DNA of 40,671 bases, from the IMG/VR virus record IMGVR_UViG_3300050014_000199. The stretch is one strand, 5' to 3'. The stretch's first letter is position 1. Each line of letters opens with the position of its first letter. The position numbers and the translations under genes are program-made. This document shows, one piece after another, positions 32,424 through 40,671 of the stretch. The stretch is from a virus. The notes beneath the pieces were generated by a model. The model searched no databases. It saw only the letters and a program-made list of their open reading frames with translations, and was not told the origin of the DNA.

Positions 32424-33302
32424 ATGGCAAACTCAATTGCTTTAGTTACCAAATTTATGCCCATCCTGGATGAGGTTTACAAGGTTGCGTCCTTGACTGC
32501 TCGGATGGATTCTCCCACCAAACCCGTTAATTTTGGTGGGGCGAATGTCGTGGAAGTGTTTAAAACTTCCGTTGTTGGCCTAGGGACTTATTCCCGTGCG
32601 ACCGGTTACCCTAAAGGCGACGTGACCGCTACATGGGAAGCGCTGACCCTGGCGGCTACTCGTGGCCGTGAGTTCTCGATTGACCGCATGGATGATGAAG
32701 AGAGCCTGGGAATGGCTTTCGGCACCCTGGCGGGTGAGTTCATTCGCACCCAGGTGGCTCCCGAAATTGATGCCTACCGGTTCGCGAAGTACGCCTCTAC
32801 GGCCAGTGTTCTTACCACCACCGGCGCTGTTCTGACCACCTCAACTGTTCTGGCCGCTCTCGATGCTGCAAATGCGGCAATGGATGCAGTAGAAGTTCCA
32901 CCCGAAGGGCGTCTAATCTTTGTGTCCGGTCCCGTCAATCGGATGCTACGGGCTTCGATCACCCGTATGCTGGGCAATGATGGCTCTGTAGATCGGCGCG
33001 TTCAGACCCTGGATACAAACTCTATTATCCCGGTGCCTCAGACTCGGTTCTATACGACCTGCACGCTGGACGCTGGCAGTTCTACGTCCGCTGGCGGATA
33101 TGCTAATGCTGGCAAGATCATCAACTTTATGATCATCCACCCCCCGGCTGTTATCCAGGCGACCAAACTCGCTCAGTTGAAAATCTTCGATCCTGAGATC
33201 AACCAGTCCATGGACGCCTACAAGCTCCAATACCGGATCTACCACGACGCGTTTGTCCTCGACAACCACGTCAACGGTGTTTACGTGCACACGACAACTT
33301 AA
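32424..33302 (+). CDS. major capsid protein, 292 aa
   Basis: Position after the scaffold, plus size. N-terminus ...KFMPILDEVYKVASLT...VNFGGANVVEVFK...GLGTYSR resembles Firmicutes-type siphophage capsid proteins. Confidence 0.75.
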   Translation: MANSIALVTKFMPILDEVYKVASLTARMDSPTKPVNFGGANVVEVFKTSVVGLGTYSRATGYPKGDVTATWEALTLAATRGREFSIDRMDDEESLGMAFGTLAGEFIRTQVAPEIDAYRFAKYASTASVLTTTGAVLTTSTVLAALDAANAAMDAVEVPPEGRLIFVSGPVNRMLRASITRMLGNDGSVDRRVQTLDTNSIIPVPQTRFYTTCTLDAGSSTSAGGYANAGKIINFMIIHPPAVIQATKLAQLKIFDPEINQSMDAYKLQYRIYHDAFVLDNHVNGVYVHTTT

Positions 33303-33313
33303 GGAGCGATCTA

Positions 33314-33787
33314 ATGCCTAAACAAAATCTAGTCGGAATAGATTGGCTCCAAAAACTAAATTGTGCCTTTGGCGGAGATGTTGGATTAGGGAGCTTACAA
33401 GTGGCGCGGTTCCTCTTCGATACGGGCGCGGTAGCCAATCGCACCGTTGCCGCACATGGAACAGGCGTAACCCTTCCAGCCAGTGCGATTGTTGTCGGCG
33501 GGTTTCTCGAAGTGCATACTTTGTTCACGTCGGCAAGCACCAACACCGGCACGATTGCGATCAGCGTTGAGAATACCAATGATATTCAAACCGCCGTAGC
33601 TGTGAGCGGTGCACCCTATTCATCGATTGGCCGCAAGGCAATTGTGCCGAAGGCAAATACTCCCGAAAGTACCGCGGTAAAAACGACCGTACCCAGGGAA
33701 ATTACTTGCACGGTTGCTGTGGCAGCGTTAACCGCCGGCGTATTGACCGGTTATCTATACTTTGTTGAGAGCCTTGCCTCGGCATAG
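33314..33787 (+). CDS. hypothetical virion protein (head-accessory position), 157 aa
   Basis: Function suggested by position after the major capsid gene only. Confidence 0.4.
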   Translation: MPKQNLVGIDWLQKLNCAFGGDVGLGSLQVARFLFDTGAVANRTVAAHGTGVTLPASAIVVGGFLEVHTLFTSASTNTGTIAISVENTNDIQTAVAVSGAPYSSIGRKAIVPKANTPESTAVKTTVPREITCTVAVAALTAGVLTGYLYFVESLASA

Positions 33788-33808
33788 TGAGAACTAAGGA
33801 GTAATGAA

Positions 33809-34135
33809 ATGACCCGATTTATCATAGAAAAACCCGGTGTTAGAACCGATGTCCCAGAGAACGAAGCCGTTAATTATTACCGGCTGGGTTACGTGAAAGT
33901 GGGCGAGCTACCGGACGCGCTCCCCGAGAAAGACCAACCTTTGACGCCAGAACAGCGGGCAGTAAACGACGCAGAATTGGCATTGTCAGAGGCTAAATTG
34001 GCCTTGTCGGAAGCGGAAAAAGCCAATGCCAAGGCCCAGGCCACGGGATCGACTGTTCCTGGCGTAGAACCTGTCGTTTACCCGGAACCCGTTGTGAACC
34101 CTCAACCTTATCAGCCTTATCAACCTATTGAATAG
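33809..34135 (+). CDS. hypothetical protein with ELALSEAKLALSEAEKA repeat and Pro-rich tail, 108 aa
   Basis: AAGGAG RBS. Confidence 0.45.
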   Translation: MTRFIIEKPGVRTDVPENEAVNYYRLGYVKVGELPDALPEKDQPLTPEQRAVNDAELALSEAKLALSEAEKANAKAQATGSTVPGVEPVVYPEPVVNPQPYQPYQPIE

Positions 34136-34147
34136 GAGTTATGAGCA

Positions 34148-34567
34148 ATGGCCGTCTATGCAACTTACTCGTATTATACTGGTACGTTTTTAGGGACGGC
34201 CATTGCTTCGGCTGACTTTGCACGCCTGGCCTTACGCGCAAGCGCAGTGATCGACCAGGTTACTTTCAACCGGGCAGCTGCAATCGTTCTGGCTGCAACT
34301 GAAACCGCAACCATCGACCTGATCAAGATGGCCACATGCGCAGTCGCTGAGGCCTACCAGACTAACGAGGCTGATGGCAGCGGGGGCGGCATCAAGAGCG
34401 AGAGCATCGGTTCCAACAGTGTGACTTACCGAGACGGAGCCAATGCAACCCTCTCGGACAATGAGAAGTTATCGAGGGCGGCCAAACTCTACCTTGCCTC
34501 TACGGGTCTGATGTACCCTGGCTTCAACGAAGGCGAATATCACGATAGGCAGAACCATGCGTACTAA
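34148..34567 (+). CDS. head-tail connector/adaptor (by position), 139 aa
   Basis: Gene order between the capsid and tail-tube genes. Confidence 0.45.
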   Translation: MAVYATYSYYTGTFLGTAIASADFARLALRASAVIDQVTFNRAAAIVLAATETATIDLIKMATCAVAEAYQTNEADGSGGGIKSESIGSNSVTYRDGANATLSDNEKLSRAAKLYLASTGLMYPGFNEGEYHDRQNHAY

Positions 34568-34988
34568 CTGCTTGGCTACCCTGTACAACGGCTATATCAG
34601 CGGCGGTGCACAAAAGTACCAGCGCACCGCAATCGGTCTTGTCGCCTGGTTCAACACGAAGGCGTCAAACATCCTGCGGTCGGGCTTACTCGCTGCTGAT
34701 AGCGCCGTGATTTATGTCCCGCTTACCCTCGGTGCGAATTACATTGACCCTAAGCCGTGGGCTGCGCTGACTAACAAGACCGGCTTCTGGACACTCGCAG
34801 TCGGAGATGTGATTGTCAAGGGGCTGGTTACGGACGAGATCCATGACGCGGTTGTTTCCCCTCCTTCAGCCGCGTTTACTCTCACGAATTTAAAAGCAAA
34901 GTATGACGATGTTGTGACCATCAAGAGTTGCGATACATTCGATATGGGTAGCACATCTATGCGCCATTGGAAGGTGAGTGGACAATGA
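34557..34988 (+). CDS. head closure / neck protein (by position), 143 aa
   Basis: Gene order. Overlaps the upstream gene by 11 nt. Confidence 0.4.
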   Translation: MRTNCLATLYNGYISGGAQKYQRTAIGLVAWFNTKASNILRSGLLAADSAVIYVPLTLGANYIDPKPWAALTNKTGFWTLAVGDVIVKGLVTDEIHDAVVSPPSAAFTLTNLKAKYDDVVTIKSCDTFDMGSTSMRHWKVSGQ

Positions 34989-35392
34989 CACCACCAATTA
35001 TCGAAACACCACGCGGATCAATCATCATCAACGATGCGTCGATGAAGGCTGAGTTGAAATGGAATGACGGCGCGTTCAATGGGGGGGGTGGAAGCTGGCA
35101 GGGGCGCTATTCTGACGCGCAGAAATTCGTAGACTCGGAAGTCTTGCGGGGTTGCGAGCCATACACGCCCCTCCTGACAGGGATGATGATAATGTCCGGT
35201 ATCCTGGGTACAGACGCTGGATCGGGAACCGTCCAATGGATTGCGCCTTACTCAAGAAAAAATTACTACTCACCCCGTGCGGTCGGATCGGCCACCGGGC
35301 CATTAAGAGGCCCATTTTGGTTTGAGCGCTGGAAGGCCGTTAGCGGCCAAACTACCATAACGGGCGCCAGGCGCATTGCAGGAGGCAAATGA
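34985..35392 (+). CDS. HK97 gp10-like neck/tail-completion protein, 135 aa
   Basis: ATGA overlap at 34985. CEPYTPLLTGMMIMSG resembles the vP.dTG.L..S motif. Confidence 0.45.
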   Translation: MTPPIIETPRGSIIINDASMKAELKWNDGAFNGGGGSWQGRYSDAQKFVDSEVLRGCEPYTPLLTGMMIMSGILGTDAGSGTVQWIAPYSRKNYYSPRAVGSATGPLRGPFWFERWKAVSGQTTITGARRIAGGK

Positions 35393-35568
35393 TGGGTAAA
35401 CACACAATCGAGATCCGGGTACATGTTGAAGGCGAGGAAAACAAGGTTGTCATTGATGGGATGGATTTATCAAAAGGCAAAGTAAAACATTTAACTCTGA
35501 CATGGGATGCCGTCCGGGGACAATGGGAATATGAGATTCTGAGTTATACGCTTGAGGAAAAAGGATGA
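35392..35568 (+). CDS. small hypothetical protein, 58 aa (below the track cut-off)
   Basis: TGATG and ATGA overlaps with both neighbours. Confidence 0.45.
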   Translation: MGKHTIEIRVHVEGEENKVVIDGMDLSKGKVKHLTLTWDAVRGQWEYEILSYTLEEKG

Positions 35569-35990
35569 GTGTCCTCTCTGCAGTCAAGGATTATCTCTTG
35601 ACATACAGCGGCCTGGAGGCGGGCGTTCAGTTAGGGGTTGATTTCCTGGGGTCTAACTCAACAGGATACTCGATTGTTTCTTTGCCGGGTACGAAAGTTG
35701 TCGAAAAATATATTGACGGTGGGTCTATGCGGGCGTTTACGTTTATGTTTCTGGCCTCTTTCTCAACAGCCGACGAACAGGTCCGCTTGGAAAATCTCGA
35801 CTTTTACGAAGACTTATCGGACTGGTTTGATACACAGACCGAGGCCGGAACATTGCCAACCCTGGCAACTGGAAAAACAGCAACGGCAATCGAGGCGATG
35901 GGATGGGGCTTTGTTTACGAGCAAGGTCAATCCGAGACCGGAATTTACCAATTAATCTGCAAGCTCACATATGAGCAAATAGCACCATAA
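35565..35990 (+). CDS. tail terminator-position protein, 141 aa
   Basis: Last gene before the tube genes. Confidence 0.4.
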   Translation: MSVLSAVKDYLLTYSGLEAGVQLGVDFLGSNSTGYSIVSLPGTKVVEKYIDGGSMRAFTFMFLASFSTADEQVRLENLDFYEDLSDWFDTQTEAGTLPTLATGKTATAIEAMGWGFVYEQGQSETGIYQLICKLTYEQIAP

Positions 35991-36002
35991 GGAGTTAATA
36001 CC

Positions 36003-36488
36003 ATGGCCGGAACAGATGTTAAGAGATCACAGTTCAAAACGTTTATCAACACCACACCGTTGAGCACGGCTACTTACGTGCTGCTCGGTGATGGCATCAA
36101 GTCAGGCAAGATCGCCTATAACCCCAAGCTCACCGACGAGACTTATATCTCGAATGACACGGCGACCATCAGCGTGGATAGCTACGCTCCCAAGATGCCG
36201 CTCTCGGGTAAAGCGAAGGTGGGGGACGCGGCATTCACGTTCCTGGATAACCTGCGCATTACGCGCGCCGTTGGACCGGCTGCACAAACCGACATCCTCA
36301 ATATCTGGTTATATCAGACTGGTGGACCGACTGCGTACCCTGCCGAAAAACAGACCGTATCCATTTCCTTCGAGGACTTTGGCGGCGATGGTGGTACTCC
36401 CGTTGAATATTCCGCAACAGTCAACTATGCCGGTGATCGGACAGCGGGCACGTTCAATTCAAGCACGTTGGCATTCACCGCGAGCTAA
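36003..36488 (+). CDS. major tail tube protein, short paralogue, 161 aa
   Basis: TAAGGAGTTA RBS. Position upstream of the chaperones and TMP. Paralogous to 36498..37268. Confidence 0.7.
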   Translation: MAGTDVKRSQFKTFINTTPLSTATYVLLGDGIKSGKIAYNPKLTDETYISNDTATISVDSYAPKMPLSGKAKVGDAAFTFLDNLRITRAVGPAAQTDILNIWLYQTGGPTAYPAEKQTVSISFEDFGGDGGTPVEYSATVNYAGDRTAGTFNSSTLAFTAS

Positions 36489-36497
36489 GGAGTTACC

Positions 36498-37268
36498 ATG
36501 GCGACAGATGTAAAACGTAGTTTATTCAAGTCATTTCTCAACACCGGGACGCTCATCTCGCCGGTCTGGTCGTTGATTGGAGACGGTATCAAGTCCGGCA
36601 AGATTGCCTACAATCCGAAATTGACGGATGAGACGTACATTTCAAACGATACCGCCACGATCAGCGTGGACTCCTATGCGCCCAAAATGCCGATTGCGGG
36701 TAAACGAAAGTTTGGGGATGCGGTCTCCGACTTCTTGGATGCATCCCGGATTGCCCGCGATGTTTCAGGCGATGCGGTCACCCAACTTTGCAATGTCTGG
36801 TTATATCAGACGCCGGCGGGTGGGTATTACAAAGCTGAATACCAGCCAGTCTCCGTGTCTTTTGATGACTTCGGTGGGGATGGCGGAACACCCGTAGAAC
36901 TCGGAGCCACTATCAATTTCGAAGGCGATCCTACCTGGGGCATCTTCAAGCCTGCTGCCACTGCAACCTTCAAGGCGAAGCCTGTGCTGGCGGTCCTGAC
37001 AACTCTGACCCTTGGTTCTGGTACGTTGTCGCCTCTGTTCGCCGCCGATCACTACAACCAGCTTTATACAACCTCAATCGCAGCGTCAACAGTCACCATG
37101 GCGTCAACCCTGGCGACCGCAACTATTGTGCAATATGCTGACAATGATGATGTAGTAGTGCAGAGCGGCGCGGCTGCGCTGACCATGGGCCTGAATCACC
37201 TCAAGATCAAGGTCACCTTGGGCTCTGAAGAGGTTTGGTATTACATAGACGCGACAAGGACGGCCTAA
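36498..37268 (+). CDS. major tail tube protein, long paralogue with C-terminal cadherin-like/Ig-like beta-sandwich domain, 256 aa
   Basis: The first ~160 aa align with 36003..36488, including a block of 38 identical residues. C-terminus LTLGSGTLSPLFAADHYNQLYTTSI...GLNHLKIKVT...YYIDATR fits the cadherin-like beta-sandwich pattern. Confidence 0.7.
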   Translation: MATDVKRSLFKSFLNTGTLISPVWSLIGDGIKSGKIAYNPKLTDETYISNDTATISVDSYAPKMPIAGKRKFGDAVSDFLDASRIARDVSGDAVTQLCNVWLYQTPAGGYYKAEYQPVSVSFDDFGGDGGTPVELGATINFEGDPTWGIFKPAATATFKAKPVLAVLTTLTLGSGTLSPLFAADHYNQLYTTSIAASTVTMASTLATATIVQYADNDDVVVQSGAAALTMGLNHLKIKVTLGSEEVWYYIDATRTA

Positions 37269-37706
37269 ATGGAATCAATCCGAATTGACACTGGCGTCAA
37301 GAAAATCCAGATTAACGACGGCCCGGAATACATTGAATTTAACCCGTCGGACATTAATTTTGTTGACAAATATTACCGTATCTATGGCGAGCTAAGTCAA
37401 CAACCTATCGACAAGGAACGTCTAAATAAAATTGATGCCAATACCGCCGTTGACGAAAACGGAACTCCGCTAAACATTCCAGATAAGCTTGAAATTTATC
37501 GGGAAGTAAACAATATTATAAGAACAAAAATCGATGATCTGTTTGGGAAAGGAACTTCTCAAAAGGTGTTTGGGGATATGGTTTCCGTCAATATGGAAAT
37601 CTACAAACAATTCTTTGAAGGTATCACTTCGTTTGTGGCACCTGCCAGAACCCAAAAGGTAGCGAAGTATCAGAAGGTGCCGCACAAAAAGCGGGTGATG
37701 TCATAA
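37269..37706 (+). CDS. tail assembly chaperone (gpG equivalent)
   Basis: Position immediately upstream of TMP. Slippery site near its 3' end. Confidence 0.7.
   Translation: MESIRIDTGVKKIQINDGPEYIEFNPSDINFVDKYYRIYGELSQQPIDKERLNKIDANTAVDENGTPLNIPDKLEIYREVNNIIRTKIDDLFGKGTSQKVFGDMVSVNMEIYKQFFEGITSFVAPARTQKVAKYQKVPHKKRVMS
37685..37691 (+). other. candidate programmed -1 ribosomal frameshift site C AAA AAG
   Basis: Zero-frame codons are CAC AAA AAG. The -1 frame is open from 37619 through 38272. Confidence 0.55.
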
Positions 37707-38272
37707 ACATCCTAACCGATGAACTTCCGACGTTTGTTTTGATAGGGGATATTGAGTATCCTATCGAAACTGACTTTCGTGACTGCCTTCGGGTTAGCCT
37801 GGCTTACGAAGATCCCGATCTTACCGGGTACGAGAAGCAATTGATTATGCTGAGTAACCTGTACCCGGAACCCATCGAGGACGTGCAGGGCGCACTTGAA
37901 CAGGGTGCAAAATTTCTAAACGGCGGGAGAGTGGCAACCGAGGACGAAGAAGGTCTTAGGTTGTTCTCGTTCGAGAAGGATGCGAACCTGATATTTTCTG
38001 CATTTCGTCAGACGCATGGAATAAATCTCGAAACAGCCAAACTCCATTGGTGGGCTTTTCTAGCCCTTTTTGCCGATCTGGGTGCTGATACTGTGTTTTG
38101 TAACCTGGTAAGTATGCGCAAGCGGGTTAAGAACGGCACAGCCTCAAAAGAGGAACGCCATGCCGCCGAGGAAATGGGCGAAATGTTTATCATACCTGAT
38201 CATGACGATCGTACGCCCGAAGAGAAGGAACAGGAACGGGCGTTTCTGCAACAAACCAACGGAGGTAGATAG
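37690..38272 (+). CDS. frameshift extension of the chaperone (gpT equivalent; Gp15-like domain)
   Basis: IEYPIETDFRDCLRV...EKQLIMLSNLYPEP resembles the Phage_Gp15 family. The only in-frame start is TTG at 37739, with no RBS. Confidence 0.6.
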
Positions 38273-40671
38273 TGGCAGGTGGATATGACGGCACCATTAA
38301 AATTGATACTTCCCTGGACTCGACCGGCTTTAACAAAGGCGTAGGTGGTATAAGCGGTGCCTTAGGCGGATTGATGGGCGCGCTCAAAGGTGTAGCCGCC
38401 GCCATTGGTATCGCCTTCGGTGTAGCAGCTCTTATCTCATTCGGCAAGGCGGCGGCTAAAGCTGCCTCCGATATGCAGGTAATAATGAATATGTTCCGGG
38501 GGGTATTTGGCGCTCAATCCAATTACGCAATACAGCAATTAAGCGCGCTAGCCGCCAAAGTGAATATGGCCGACGATGATTTATTTCTCCTGGCAGCGAC
38601 CCTTCAAAATGCCGCCGTAGCCATAGGGTTTACAGGTAGACAATCGGCAGATATGTCCATCCAACTCACAAAGCTGACTGAAGACCTGGCTACTTTCTAC
38701 GGTGTCACCGATACCGAAATGGCGCAAACATTGATGATGGCCATGCAGGGCATGACGCGGGGATTGAAACAGCTGGGTATCAGCATAAGCGAAGCCGATA
38801 TAAAAAACAAGGCGCTGACACTTGGATTATATACCGGCGCTGGGGCTGTTTCCGAGACCGCAAAAGCATCCGCAATCCTGGCGCTGATTACAGATAAAAC
38901 CGCCGCCGCTCAGGGGAATGCGGAAAAGACTGCTCATACCTGGGCCGGTGAAATGCGCGGTCTTACGGGCGCATGGGGACAATTCAAAGAAGCCTTTGGC
39001 AATTCCATTATTATCTTTGCGCCGGTGATTGCGGCCATAACGTCGGTCATCAAATGGCTGACTGTCCTGACTCAATATTTTGCCGCGGTCGTGGGTGCGT
39101 TGTTTGGCCTATCCCTGGATACCGGGGCAATCGCCGCAAATACTCAGGCCGCTGCTACTGGAACTGGTGATCTGGCGGACAATACCGTGGCGGCTGGTAA
39201 GGCTGCTAAGGGCGCGCTTGCTGCCTTTGACCAACTCAACGTTTTAAAACCAGAAGATACGGGAACTGGTGGCGGTGGCGGAGTTGGCGTTGATACAGGT
39301 GCCCTGGATGCAATGAAAGCTAAAGTGGCCGAGTTTGTGAAAGCGTTGAAGGAGTTCTTCGCCCCCCTGGAAGCACCCCTAGCGCGGCTGGGTGCAGCAT
39401 TTGCCGCTTTAGGCGGAACTATTGGTTTGGCTCTGGGCTGGGTATGGGACAATATACTCAAGCCTTTTGGCGATTGGTTAGTTCGAACGGCAGGTCCCGT
39501 ATTTCTAGATATGCTTACTGCAGCTGTAAATCTACTCAACACGGTACTTATTGCCCTTCAGCCCCTGGGGATCTGGCTGTGGGAAAACTTCCTGAAGCCC
39601 TTAGCCGCCTGGACTGGTCAAGCTATCCTGGATGCTCTGAAGTGGCTAACAGCTCGCTTGAATGACGTGAGTGCATGGATCAAGGCTAACCCCGAGGCAT
39701 TCCGAAACATGGTCTCGGTCTTATTGGTATTCGTGGCAACATGGTTGGTGGTGAACGCCGCCATAGCCATTTGGACACTTATTGCCGGTGTCGCCACGAC
39801 AGTAACAACGGCATTTGGGGCAGCGGTCCTGTTCTTAACGTCGCCGATAGGAATAGTCATTCTGTCAATTGTCGCTCTGATTGCTGTAATCATTCTGATT
39901 ATCCATTACTGGCCTCAAATATCACAGGCAGCTTCGGATGCTTGGGCGTGGATACAGCAAGCATGGAAAGATGCTGGTAAGTGGTTTGCCGACAACGTAA
40001 CCGGACCAATCGGTGGGTTGTTCAATGCCTGGCGTGATGACATGCCGATCATTGCAGCCGCTGCTTGGCAATATGTAGTAGACAAATGGAATGGAGCCAA
40101 GCAGTGGTTCACCGACAACGTAACTGCACCAATTACGGGCCTCTTTGCTGCCTGGCGTGACGATATGCCGATTATCGCGGCGGCTGTATGGCAGGGAATT
40201 GTAGACAAATGGACAGGCGCTAAGCAATGGTTTGTTGATACTGTAACCGGTCCAATAGGCGGTCTTTTTAACGCCTGGCGTGATGACATGCCAGGCGTTA
40301 TGGCGACTGCCTGGACAAATGTAGTGAATGCCTGGTTAGGTGCTAAAACCTGGTTTTATGATTACGTGACCAAGCCGATACAAGACGCATTTGGCATCGC
40401 ATTAAGTGGATCTGCGAATGGAAATGGTACTGGTGGCATCGTAGGGTTTTTCACTGGGTTGTGGAATACCGTAACAGGTGCGGCTAAAACAGCCTTGAAC
40501 GGTATCATCGACCTCATGAACCTTCTTATCGGTAAGATAACACATGGAATAAATAACATTATTGATAGTGCCAATAGTGTCGGAAGCCTTGTAGGTTTAC
40601 CAGGGATATCACGTGTAACCATAGGGACAATACAACATCTAGCTGCGGGCGCAGTCGTTCCCCCCAACGCG
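38272..40671 (+). CDS. tail tape measure protein, N-terminal 800 codons (continues at 1..352; 874 aa in total)
   Basis: GTG at 38272 after GGAGG, overlapping the upstream TAG. No stop to the window end. TM-like segments and 41-aa repeats. Absent from the track because it has no stop in the window. Confidence 0.9.
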   Translation, partial: MAGGYDGTIKIDTSLDSTGFNKGVGGISGALGGLMGALKGVAAAIGIAFGVAALISFGKAAAKAASDMQVIMNMFRGVFGAQSNYAIQQLSALAAKVNMADDDLFLLAATLQNAAVAIGFTGRQSADMSIQLTKLTEDLATFYGVTDTEMAQTLMMAMQGMTRGLKQLGISISEADIKNKALTLGLYTGAGAVSETAKASAILALITDKTAAAQGNAEKTAHTWAGEMRGLTGAWGQFKEAFGNSIIIFAPVIAAITSVIKWLTVLTQYFAAVVGALFGLSLDTGAIAANTQAAATGTGDLADNTVAAGKAAKGALAAFDQLNVLKPEDTGTGGGGGVGVDTGALDAMKAKVAEFVKALKEFFAPLEAPLARLGAAFAALGGTIGLALGWVWDNILKPFGDWLVRTAGPVFLDMLTAAVNLLNTVLIALQPLGIWLWENFLKPLAAWTGQAILDALKWLTARLNDVSAWIKANPEAFRNMVSVLLVFVATWLVVNAAIAIWTLIAGVATTVTTAFGAAVLFLTSPIGIVILSIVALIAVIILIIHYWPQISQAASDAWAWIQQAWKDAGKWFADNVTGPIGGLFNAWRDDMPIIAAAAWQYVVDKWNGAKQWFTDNVTAPITGLFAAWRDDMPIIAAAVWQGIVDKWTGAKQWFVDTVTGPIGGLFNAWRDDMPGVMATAWTNVVNAWLGAKTWFYDYVTKPIQDAFGIALSGSANGNGTGGIVGFFTGLWNTVTGAAKTALNGIIDLMNLLIGKITHGINNIIDSANSVGSLVGLPGISRVTIGTIQHLAAGAVVPPNA
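39950..40400 (+). repeat. about 3.5 tandem 123-nt (41-aa) repeats inside the tape measure gene
   Basis: TGGTT(T/C)...GACAACGTAAC...GCCTGGCGTGA(T/C)GA(C/T)ATGCC recurs at 39982, 40105 and 40228, and partially at 40351. Confidence 0.85.
40545..40671. repeat. terminal direct repeat, copy 2
   Basis: Same 127 nt as 1..127. Confidence 0.95.

Noticed and set aside
38190-40667. Multiple minus-strand ORFs (for example 39144..39542, 39915..40289, 40362..40667) and 38973..39170(+)
   Set aside because: All lie inside the uninterrupted tape-measure frame, which has clear TMP features. The track omits that frame only because it has no stop within the window.

Overview
The window is one complete, circularly closed tailed dsDNA phage genome of siphovirus type, with a unit length of 40,544 bp. 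Bases 1-127 recur exactly at 40545-40671. The tape-measure gene starts at 38272, runs off the right end and finishes at 352.

Layout:
(1) 1-3374: tail tip and two tail-fibre genes.
(2) 3477-4975: accessory end of the late operon, with a metallophosphoesterase-like gene, a small HTH gene, a minus-strand tRNA-Tyr(GTA) and convergent terminators.
(3) 5002-13110, minus strand: an early-left operon of about 25 mostly small, translationally coupled genes. Recognisable members are a RecT annealase, an endonuclease VII/HNH nuclease, a DUF551-like protein, two Lar-like zinc ribbons, a DnaJ-type zinc finger, membrane proteins and a protein carrying a 12-bp coding microsatellite.
(4) 13111-14415: a lambda-like switch with an XRE-type repressor and two divergent early promoters that share a 14-mer. 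I found no integrase or partition gene anywhere.
(5) 14416-20047: early-right operon with a replisome organiser carrying embedded iterons, DnaB helicase, HNH, VRR-NUC and a DNA methyltransferase.
(6) 20044-20139: a consensus promoter followed at once by a strong intrinsic terminator at the head of the late region.
(7) 20157-25269: GIY-YIG endonuclease, lysis cassette, and a PKD-like protein plus a glycosidase-like fibre.
(8) 25357-38272: packaging, head and tail genes. These include a terminase with an N-terminal small-subunit-like extension, portal, minor capsid protein, a reverse-strand moron plus a second endonuclease VII, scaffold, major capsid, neck proteins, two paralogous tail-tube genes and a chaperone pair with a -1 frameshift site.

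All family names come from motifs read by eye and from gene order. No searches were run.
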